From NCBI GenBank assembly GCA_002421665.1, contig DISH01000004.1, forward strand, positions 309,109 to 373,108: DNA of 64,000 nucleotides, given 5' to 3'. The position numbers and the translations under genes were made by a program. This DNA is from Candidatus Omnitrophica bacterium UBA6215. Its GTDB lineage: Bacteria; Omnitrophota; Gorgyraeia; Pluralincolimonadales; Pluralincolimonadaceae. The notes beneath the pieces were generated by a model that saw only the letters and a program-made list of their open reading frames with translations, searched no databases and had not been told where the DNA came from. Positions 40,436 through 47,080 of this stretch are shown piece after piece; position 1 is the first letter of the stretch, and each line of letters opens with the position of its first letter.

Positions 40436-41181
40436 CGGCGCGTAATATACTTATATTTGCGTTAGCCTTATCGGTTCTTTGGCATGTTTTGCTGATCCTC
40501 CCGTTCAAGATAGTGGTAGGTACCGTGCCGGTCAAGGCCGTTTCCTATCCGAGTATCTCTTTTGTCGGTGCCATACTCGAGAACAAGACTTATATGGCAG
40601 GGGGCCCGGACGATGGCAATTCCCGCGATGCCGGCCTGAAAAAGATGATGGAGATCTCGGGTTCTGCAGGCATGCCTGCCGGGACAAGCGCGGATAGTCT
40701 TGCTTCTTCGGTATACGGAAGGCTTTTGCCGTCATCGGATGCGGATCTGCTGAAGGAGATAAGCGGTAAGAACGGGGTAGGGGGCTTTACCGGGGAAAAG
40801 AAGCATCCCGAAAGACCCTTCGATAAGGTGATGGTCAATTATAAGACCCTGCCTTCAGATATAGGAGGTCCCCTGCGTTACAGGGAAGTCGTTTATAAGC
40901 CCGAGCTTCCCAAGTTCCTGCGCTGGGATGAAAGCCTGGGCGTGGATCTTGCGGGTCTTGGCGAATCTTTTGAGGTTGGATTGAAATTCGCCGTTTCCGC
41001 AGAGGGCAAGGTTGAATCGGTCGAGAGGATATCCTCTTCCGGCCATCCGACCATAGATATAGTTGCCATACGTTACCTTAAGGGCTGGCAGTTCGCGCCG
41101 CTGAATTCGGGGGAAGACAGAGCGAAACAATGGGGCACCATAAGGCTGAATCTTAAACTGGAAAAGGCATCCGCAAAATGA
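40381..41181 (+). CDS. TonB/TolA-like energy transducer (N-terminal TM anchor, C-terminal TonB_C domain)
   Basis: TM helix NILIFALALSVLWHVLLIL and a C-terminal ...IDIVAIRYLKGWQFAP TonB_C-like fold. The start is uncertain: ATG 40381, TTG 40372 (ORF track), or TTG 40432 (TTGA overlap with the exbD stop). Confidence 0.65.
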   Translation: MQEIRDSAGQHSYDSGKLTARNILIFALALSVLWHVLLILPFKIVVGTVPVKAVSYPSISFVGAILENKTYMAGGPDDGNSRDAGLKKMMEISGSAGMPAGTSADSLASSVYGRLLPSSDADLLKEISGKNGVGGFTGEKKHPERPFDKVMVNYKTLPSDIGGPLRYREVVYKPELPKFLRWDESLGVDLAGLGESFEVGLKFAVSAEGKVESVERISSSGHPTIDIVAIRYLKGWQFAPLNSGEDRAKQWGTIRLNLKLEKASAK

Positions 41182-41435
41182 TAAGACTGGAGTTTTCCTG
41201 GGCGGTGGCTTTGTATATGATATTGACAGCGGTGGCGTTCATAGCCTATTGGTTCTTTTTTGACAGGGTCAAGAGCCTTCCGAACAGGTCCATATCGGAC
41301 AGGAATGTCTGGAAATGCTCTATATGCACCCTTTACTATATAGACAGCAGGAATTCCGATATTTCTCTTTGCCCGCGTTGCGGAAGCTATAATAAAAAAC
41401 AAACTAACTTACCACAAAAGGGGGTTAAGTCATGA
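41178..41435 (+). CDS. membrane-anchored zinc-ribbon protein (85 aa), unknown function
   Basis: N-terminal TM helix (WAVALYMILTAVAFIAYWFFF), then CSIC...CPRCGSYN (CxxC-N17-CxxC). 4-nt overlap with the tonB-like gene. Confidence 0.5.
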   Translation: MIRLEFSWAVALYMILTAVAFIAYWFFFDRVKSLPNRSISDRNVWKCSICTLYYIDSRNSDISLCPRCGSYNKKQTNLPQKGVKS

Positions 41436-41629
41436 TAACAGAGATAGGGATCACTGCCGGCGAAATATGGCATTATCTCGACGAGCACGGGGAAGTATCC
41501 CTCTCACAGCTTTGTTCCGGGGTGGAAAAACCGAGGGAAGTCATATTGATGAGCCTTGGCTGGCTTGCCAGGGAAGGCCATGTTATCCTGGAAGGCGAGA
41601 CCGATTATAAAATATACCTGCGCAGGTAA
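41432..41629 (+). CDS. small winged-helix protein (65 aa), DUF2582-like
   Basis: MITEIGITAGEIWHYLDEHGEVSLSQLCSGVEKPREVILMSLGWLAREGHV matches the DUF2582 small wHTH pattern. 4-nt overlap with the upstream gene. Confidence 0.5.
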   Translation: MITEIGITAGEIWHYLDEHGEVSLSQLCSGVEKPREVILMSLGWLAREGHVILEGETDYKIYLRR

Positions 41630-41637
41630 GGCGTCTA

Positions 41638-41958
41638 TTGGGATTCGTAGCCGTGTTCATAACAACAGCAAGCGGAAAGGAAGCGGATAAGATAGCCCGC
41701 GGCCTTGTCGGCAGGGGACTCGCTGCGTGCGTGAACATAATACCTTCTGTTAAATCCGTATATACCTGGAAAGGCAGGCTTGAGGTCTCGAATGAATTCC
41801 TCCTTATGGCAAAGACGAAGCAGAGCCTTTTCTGCAAGCTCGAGAAAACGGTCAGGTCGATGCATTCCTACGACTGTCCTGAGATAATATCGGTCCCGGT
41901 GAACAAGGGAAGCCGGGATTACCTTCAGTGGCTTGGATCCTCAATAAAAAAAAGATGA
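41638..41958 (+). CDS. cutA: divalent-cation tolerance protein CutA
   Basis: 106 aa. ...ASGKEADKIARGLVGRGLAACVNIIPSVKSVYTWKGRLE...EFLLMAKT is typical CutA1. TTG start. Confidence 0.8.
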   Translation: MGFVAVFITTASGKEADKIARGLVGRGLAACVNIIPSVKSVYTWKGRLEVSNEFLLMAKTKQSLFCKLEKTVRSMHSYDCPEIISVPVNKGSRDYLQWLGSSIKKR

Positions 41959-41976
41959 AGTCTGGAGAGCAATACA

Positions 41977-42834
41977 ATGAATAAAATGTTATCTTTTACG
42001 GCGGTATTATTCATGTTGCTGCAGCCGGGTATATGTTTTTCCGATCAGGGCAACCCCAGGGATTCATATTTTAGCGGTATAGACTTGGCTTCGAGAGGGG
42101 AACTGGAACGGGCAAAAGCAGCCTATTCCGAGGCTCTTTCCGACAAGAGGTTTAAGCCGTATGCCGAACTCGAGATAAGAGCGATCGATCAGGTTCTTGC
42201 AGGAAAAATAAATAAGGATATCGCTGTCAGGGCTTTTAAAGCTAAAACTTACGCGGCCGCGAAGAGATGGAACGAGGCGATATCCGAATACTATAAGATC
42301 ATAGATGCCTGCCCTTCGTTCTCTTACGCCTATATCAGCAGGGGTAACGCATATCTCGAGACAAGGTCTTACGGAAAAGCGGTAGAGGATTTTACCGAAG
42401 CCATTAAGTTGGAGCCGGATAATGCCGAGCTTTACAACAGGCGCGGCGTAGCGCTTCAATCAAGGGGTAATATCGATAAGGCCGTGAAAGATTACAGCAG
42501 TGCTATTGAAAGAGACCCGAAAATGGCGCTCTATTATTGTAACAGGGGCCGCGCTTATTATGTAAAAGGCAAATTGGATGCTGCTTTGGCGGACCTGGAT
42601 GAAGCCATAAAACTTGATCCGGACTATCTTGATGCTTATCTTGTAAAAGGGTGGACTTGCGAAGACATGAAATTGTATCCGGATGCGATTACAGCTTATA
42701 AGAAGGTGATTGCCATCGATAGTTCAGCCGGTAAAGAGGCTACCAGGGAGGCGGAATCTGCCATAAAAGACCTGGAAGGCAGGATGGCCAAGGAATCCGG
42801 AAACGCTGAAAATGATAGCAAGAAAAATAAATGA
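41977..42834 (+). CDS. secreted TPR-repeat protein
   Basis: 285 aa with a signal peptide and about 5 canonical TPRs (AYISRGNAYLETRSYGKAVEDFTEAIKLEPDNAELYNRRG...). Confidence 0.8.
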   Translation: MNKMLSFTAVLFMLLQPGICFSDQGNPRDSYFSGIDLASRGELERAKAAYSEALSDKRFKPYAELEIRAIDQVLAGKINKDIAVRAFKAKTYAAAKRWNEAISEYYKIIDACPSFSYAYISRGNAYLETRSYGKAVEDFTEAIKLEPDNAELYNRRGVALQSRGNIDKAVKDYSSAIERDPKMALYYCNRGRAYYVKGKLDAALADLDEAIKLDPDYLDAYLVKGWTCEDMKLYPDAITAYKKVIAIDSSAGKEATREAESAIKDLEGRMAKESGNAENDSKKNK

Positions 42835-43291
42835 ACTTATAAAGAACATGGATTTCGTCGCAATGGCCACCTGCGATAATGACGGCAGGCCGAATGTCGC
42901 GCCGAAGTTCTTCCTTAAAGCCGAAGACGGCCACATCTATATAGTCGATTATGTCATCGGCAGGACTTTCCAAAACCTCAAGGTGAACCCGAAGGCTTCA
43001 ATATCAATAGTAGATGAGAGGAACCTTACCGGTTACCAGGTAAACGGAAGGGTCGAACTGCTTATAGAAGGCGCGGAATATGACAGGGCCGTCTTGGATT
43101 TTCTCGAGAAGGAAATAAGCCTCTCCAGCCGCAGGATAGTTGAAGGTGTCAAGAAAGGCGAGAGGCACAATAATTTTGAAGTCGCGTTCCCGACCAAGGT
43201 GATAATATTCAAGGTAAGCATAGATGAAGCCGTAGAGATCGGTCCTGGCGGAGAACTCAGGAAAGAAGGATACGGAGGAACGCAGAAATGA
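42812..43291 (+). CDS. pyridoxamine 5'-phosphate oxidase-like FMN-binding split-barrel protein
   Basis: 159 aa. FVAMATCDNDGRPNVAPKFF motif of the PNPOx-like family. Confidence 0.7.
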   Translation: MIARKINELIKNMDFVAMATCDNDGRPNVAPKFFLKAEDGHIYIVDYVIGRTFQNLKVNPKASISIVDERNLTGYQVNGRVELLIEGAEYDRAVLDFLEKEISLSSRRIVEGVKKGERHNNFEVAFPTKVIIFKVSIDEAVEIGPGGELRKEGYGGTQK

Positions 43292-44556
43292 CGAAACTTT
43301 TTAAAATCGTTGTCATGTTGCTGGTTTTGACGGTGTCGGCGCTTGTTCCGCAGGCGCACGCCGCAGTTTCCTGGACCGGGGATTTCAACGGCGCCCTCAA
43401 AGAAGCAAAGGCGAAAGGCGTCCCCGTAATGGTGGATTTTTATACCGACTGGTGCAAATGGTGCAAGAAACTTGACAGGGACACTTATTCCGACCAGAAG
43501 GTTGCCGGCCTCTCGGAGAGGTTTGTTTGCGTGAAGGTCAATGGGGATAAAAACCCGGAGATCGCGGCAAAATACGGTGTCGACGGTTATCCCTCGATAT
43601 TCTTCTTGGACGCAGGCGGTAACGCGATCGGCAAGATCGTAGGTTATGTAAATGCCGATGAGATGGCGATGAACATGGACAGGGCACTTTCCAAATACGG
43701 AGCTGTCCGTCAACAGGAGAGTTCCCGGGACAAGGATGCCGCAGAGAGCAAAGGGAAGAACTGGAAAACCGGGATATCTGATTGGTGGAAGCGTATAAGC
43801 CGGACCGCTGACGACAAATCCCCGGCGACGAAAGAAGTTGTCGAGGCCCCGCAAGCTACAACAGAGACTGTTTATTGCGATGTGCTTATACTGGATAACG
43901 GCAGCAAGGTCCAGGGGACCATAGAAAGCCAGGACGGGGATAATTACGTATTGCGGCTTCCGCTCGGGAAAACGACCATAGATAAGTCGAGGGTAAGGGA
44001 AGTACGGAAATTTTTGCCTGAAGAGGCAAGCGTCCTCATGGGAGACAAATATTACCAGGACAAGAATTACGACGCCGCTATAGAGGAATACAGGAAGGCA
44101 TTAAGGATAAAGCCGGATTATAAGCCGGCAAAGATATCGCTTGAATCGGCTGTCAGCAACAAGGCCGAAGAGATAGAAAAACAGAAGGCCGAGAAGAAAG
44201 AGGCTTTGCCGGCGGAAAGGGAGGCGGAAGGTCCCGACGTTACGCAGGAGCCGTTGCCTTCATTTGCCAAGAGGGTAAATTTCGGTTTCAACATAATGAA
44301 CAGGGAGAGCATCAAGAGGAAGTATGACTACAGGGATTTCGGTTTCTCGGTAGACGATAACTTGATAGTCAACGGGTTCTATGCCAAGGATTGCTCATCC
44401 TGCAAGCCTGTTTATCCCGCACAGGAGGCCGGATTGAGGTCAGGCGACCGTATAGTATCTATAAACGGCATATCAACGAATGGCCTGACCGCCTCGGAAG
44501 CCACAAAGCTTATAGGCAGCCATCGCTATAGCCTTTTTGTGATCGAGAGACAATAG
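43288..44556 (+). CDS. secreted multidomain protein: thioredoxin-like (WCxWC) + TPR + C-terminal PDZ
   Basis: Signal peptide MTKLFKIVVMLLVLTVSALVPQAHA. Thioredoxin-fold DFYTDWCKWCKKLD...YGVDGYPSIFFLD, then a TPR (YYQDKNYDAAIEEYRKALRIKPDY), then a C-terminal PDZ (GLRSGDRIVSINGISTNGL). Confidence 0.7.
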   Translation: MTKLFKIVVMLLVLTVSALVPQAHAAVSWTGDFNGALKEAKAKGVPVMVDFYTDWCKWCKKLDRDTYSDQKVAGLSERFVCVKVNGDKNPEIAAKYGVDGYPSIFFLDAGGNAIGKIVGYVNADEMAMNMDRALSKYGAVRQQESSRDKDAAESKGKNWKTGISDWWKRISRTADDKSPATKEVVEAPQATTETVYCDVLILDNGSKVQGTIESQDGDNYVLRLPLGKTTIDKSRVREVRKFLPEEASVLMGDKYYQDKNYDAAIEEYRKALRIKPDYKPAKISLESAVSNKAEEIEKQKAEKKEALPAEREAEGPDVTQEPLPSFAKRVNFGFNIMNRESIKRKYDYRDFGFSVDDNLIVNGFYAKDCSSCKPVYPAQEAGLRSGDRIVSINGISTNGLTASEATKLIGSHRYSLFVIERQ

Positions 44557-44562
44557 CCGGGC

Positions 44563-44591
44563 TATACAGGATGAAGAAAGTTTGGTATAAT
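44563..44591 (+). promoter_or_regulatory. putative extended -10 promoter (TGGTATAAT) for tRNA-Ala
   Basis: TGnTATAAT at 44583-44591 and a weak -35 TATACA 44563-44568 (17-nt spacer). About 60 nt upstream of the tRNA. Confidence 0.35.
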
Positions 44592-44597
44592 TAACGC

Positions 44598-44656
44598 TTT
44601 GGTTGCGAGGGGCTGGTCTTACAGACCGCCCCATTACGTCTGGTTGCGAGGGGCTG
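44598..44656 (+). repeat. 18-bp near-perfect direct repeat (T-TGGTTGCGAGGGGCTG) flanking a GC-rich hairpin; the second copy overlaps the tRNA-Ala 5' end
   Basis: Copies at 44598-44615 and 44639-44656 (17 of 18 identical). Between them GGGGCTGGTCT-TAC-AGACCGCCCC forms a stem-loop. Confidence 0.6.
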
Positions 44657-44725
44657 TAGCTCAGTTGGGAGAGCGCTTGAATCGCACTCAAGAGGCCGGG
44701 GGTTCGACTCCCCCCAGCTCCACCA
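44650..44725 (+). tRNA. tRNA-Ala (anticodon CGC)
   Basis: 76 nt cloverleaf: acceptor GGGGCUG/CAGCUCC with the G3:U70 Ala identity pair, D-arm GCUC-AGUUGGGA-GAGC, anticodon stem CUUGA/UCAAG with loop AUCGCAC, T-arm GGGGG-UUCGACU-CCCCC, encoded CCA. Confidence 0.9.
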
Positions 44726-44747
44726 TCACATAAAGAGGACCCTCCTA

Positions 44748-46217
44748 ATGAAATCCGCTTTATCGTTTTGCCGCTTTTCCGCCGTAACCCTGATTATGCT
44801 GTCATCTTCTTTGTGCGTATACGCCGAAAGCATTCAAGAGCCCGTTGCGTCCGGAACTTTTTATCCGGCGGAACCGGGGGCCTTGGGGCAGCAGATCGAC
44901 GGCTATTTATCGGTTGCCGACCCTGCGAAGGTGGACGGCGATATAGTAGCGCTTATATCGCCGCACGCGGGCTATATATATTCAGGACCGATAGCGGCAT
45001 ACGGGTTCAAAGAAATATCCGGCAGAAGGTATGATACCGTAATTATAATAGGCCCCAGCCACAGGCTGGTCTTTGACGGTGCCGCCGTTCTCGGGAAGGA
45101 TTATTATGAGACGCCTCTGGGCAAGGTCCCCATAGACAGGGTGTTCGAGGAGAGGCTCATAAGGGCGGAGAAGGCCACCATAAGGAAAGACCCCCGGGTA
45201 TATGCCGACGAACATTCCATAGAAGTCCAAATACCCTTCCTGCAAAGGTCATTGAAAGATTTCATGATAGTGCCCGTGGTCATTGGCCGTCCGGATTATG
45301 TGACCTGCCGCGCCGTCGCGAGGGGAGTTGCGAAGACTGCCAAGGGATCCGGGAAGAAAGTGCTCATAATTGCCAGCACGGACCTTTCGCATTACCTGAA
45401 ATATAACGACGCGCTCATTAGAGACCAGGCCACCCTGTCCGAAATGCTCAATTATGACCCGATGCGGTTTGCGCGTAAAGTAGCCGAGGGCGAATGCGAG
45501 CTTTGCGGGTCAGCCCCCGTAATAACGGCCATGCTTGCGTGCAGCGAGCTTGGCGCAGACAGGATATCCCTTCTTAAGTACGCGAATTCGGGAGACACCG
45601 CCGGGGACAAAAGCAGGGTAGTAGGTTACGGCAGTCTGGTCATCTATAAAACGGAGGAAAATGAGATGCTGGATACCGCGCAAAAGAAGGTTTTGCTCGA
45701 AATAGCAAGAAAAACGATAGAGTCCTGTATCAGGCAGGAGAAGATACCCGAGTTCGATGTCACCGATCCCGGTTTGATGCGAGAGGAAGGGGCATTCGTA
45801 ACACTTCACAAGGACGGCCAGCTCAGAGGGTGTATCGGGAACATAATCGGGAGGCAGCCGCTTTATCTTACCGTCAGGGACATGGCCGTTGAGTCTGCGA
45901 CCGGAGACCCCAGGTTTGCACCCGTCCAGGCGGGTGAATTAAAGGACATAAACATAGAGATATCGGTCTTGTCCGAGCCGGAGCGTGTTACGGATTTATC
46001 CAAGATAAAGATGGGCGTCCATGGCGTCATAGTAAAATGCGGATATCGCAGCGGGGTATTCCTGCCGCAGGTGGCCGATGAGACGGGATGGAGCAGGGAC
46101 GAGTTCCTTTCAAACCTGTGCGAAGGCAAGGCAGGCCTGCCTGCGGATGCCTGGAAGGACAAGAAGACGGAATTATATACTTTTATGGCCCAGGTTTTTT
46201 CTGAGGGAAAGAGATGA
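44748..46217 (+). CDS. Memo-like (AmmeMemoRadiSam system protein B) fused to an AMMECR1 domain (system protein A), with a predicted N-terminal signal peptide
   Basis: 489 aa. Residues 1-27 MKSALSFCRFSAVTLIMLSSSLCVYAE look like a Sec signal peptide. Memo core GTFYP...ISPHAGYIYSG...SHR...STDLSHY, then C-terminal AMMECR1 (GAFVTLHKDGQLRGCIGNI...GDPRF). Good RBS (AGAGGA N10 ATG). Confidence 0.75.
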   Translation: MKSALSFCRFSAVTLIMLSSSLCVYAESIQEPVASGTFYPAEPGALGQQIDGYLSVADPAKVDGDIVALISPHAGYIYSGPIAAYGFKEISGRRYDTVIIIGPSHRLVFDGAAVLGKDYYETPLGKVPIDRVFEERLIRAEKATIRKDPRVYADEHSIEVQIPFLQRSLKDFMIVPVVIGRPDYVTCRAVARGVAKTAKGSGKKVLIIASTDLSHYLKYNDALIRDQATLSEMLNYDPMRFARKVAEGECELCGSAPVITAMLACSELGADRISLLKYANSGDTAGDKSRVVGYGSLVIYKTEENEMLDTAQKKVLLEIARKTIESCIRQEKIPEFDVTDPGLMREEGAFVTLHKDGQLRGCIGNIIGRQPLYLTVRDMAVESATGDPRFAPVQAGELKDINIEISVLSEPERVTDLSKIKMGVHGVIVKCGYRSGVFLPQVADETGWSRDEFLSNLCEGKAGLPADAWKDKKTELYTFMAQVFSEGKR

Positions 46218-46936
46218 GCAGGTTTTTTATACCGAAAGGGTCCGTCTCGGGCAGCAGGATAACGGTAAAGGGAGATGAATTGCACCACGCCAGGGACGTG
46301 ATGCGCCTGCGCGAAGGCGACAAGATAACGGTTTTTGACGGGACAGGTATGGAGTATACCGGGACTATCGATAAGGTAGGCAAGATGGAGATGACCGCCG
46401 TGATCATAAACTCATCTGAAACCCCCGGAGAGAAATGCCGGTTAACGCTGCTGCAGGCGGTTCCTAAAGCATCTAAGATGGACCTGATAATTGAAAAAGC
46501 GACCGAACTCGGCGTATCAAGGATAGTTCCAGTTATAACATCCAGAACGGTGATGAAGATGTCCGAAGGCGGGAATAGGACGCAGAGGTGGAATAAGATA
46601 ACCATGGTCGCTGCCAAGCAATGTGGCCGGTCTGTTTTTCCGGAGATAGCCCCGGTCTCGGACTTCAAGGATGCGTTATCATATCTTGAGGGCTGCGAGT
46701 TCTCGCTCATACCATGCTTATATGAGGGTAACAGGCCGATAAAGGATGTAATTAAGGGCAGGAACCCGGTCTCGGTCTGCGTGTTGATAGGCCCCGAAGG
46801 GGATTTCACGGCCCCGGAGGTGCGCATGGCTGTTGAACGGGGCGCAATACCGGTAATTTTGGGGAACGAGGTCCTAAGGTCCGAGACGGCGGCTGTGACG
46901 GTCCTGTCTGTTTTAGGATATGAGTTCAGGTGGTGA
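46214..46936 (+). CDS. rsmE: 16S rRNA (uracil1498-N3)-methyltransferase
   Basis: 240 aa. N-terminal PUA-like domain and C-terminal SPOUT (LLIGPEGDF, GNEVLRSETAAV). 4-nt overlap with the upstream gene. Confidence 0.85.
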   Translation: MSRFFIPKGSVSGSRITVKGDELHHARDVMRLREGDKITVFDGTGMEYTGTIDKVGKMEMTAVIINSSETPGEKCRLTLLQAVPKASKMDLIIEKATELGVSRIVPVITSRTVMKMSEGGNRTQRWNKITMVAAKQCGRSVFPEIAPVSDFKDALSYLEGCEFSLIPCLYEGNRPIKDVIKGRNPVSVCVLIGPEGDFTAPEVRMAVERGAIPVILGNEVLRSETAAVTVLSVLGYEFRW

Positions 46937-47080
46937 ATTTAAATAGATATTGACAAAACGTGTTGTATATGTTATTTTTTAACTAACAATTTGGATTTGC
47001 GACGATAACAAAATTGTCTTGGCACTCCCCGACTGAGACACCATTTTGGGTGGTTCACTTTCGGAAGGGAGGGTGCCAAT

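Noticed and set aside
43033-43854. 273-aa minus-strand ORF overlapping the PNPOx-like and thioredoxin-TPR-PDZ genes. The same reasoning applies to the other long minus ORFs at 3253-3972, 11280-11978, 12725-13402, 18018-18740, 18691-19362, 21611-22324, 38576-39277, 52118-52897, 55291-56037 and 58533-59189.
   Set aside because: All lie antisense to strongly conserved + strand genes. They have Arg/Pro/Gly-rich low-complexity translations, no RBS and no recognisable domains, typical antisense open frames in about 55% GC DNA.
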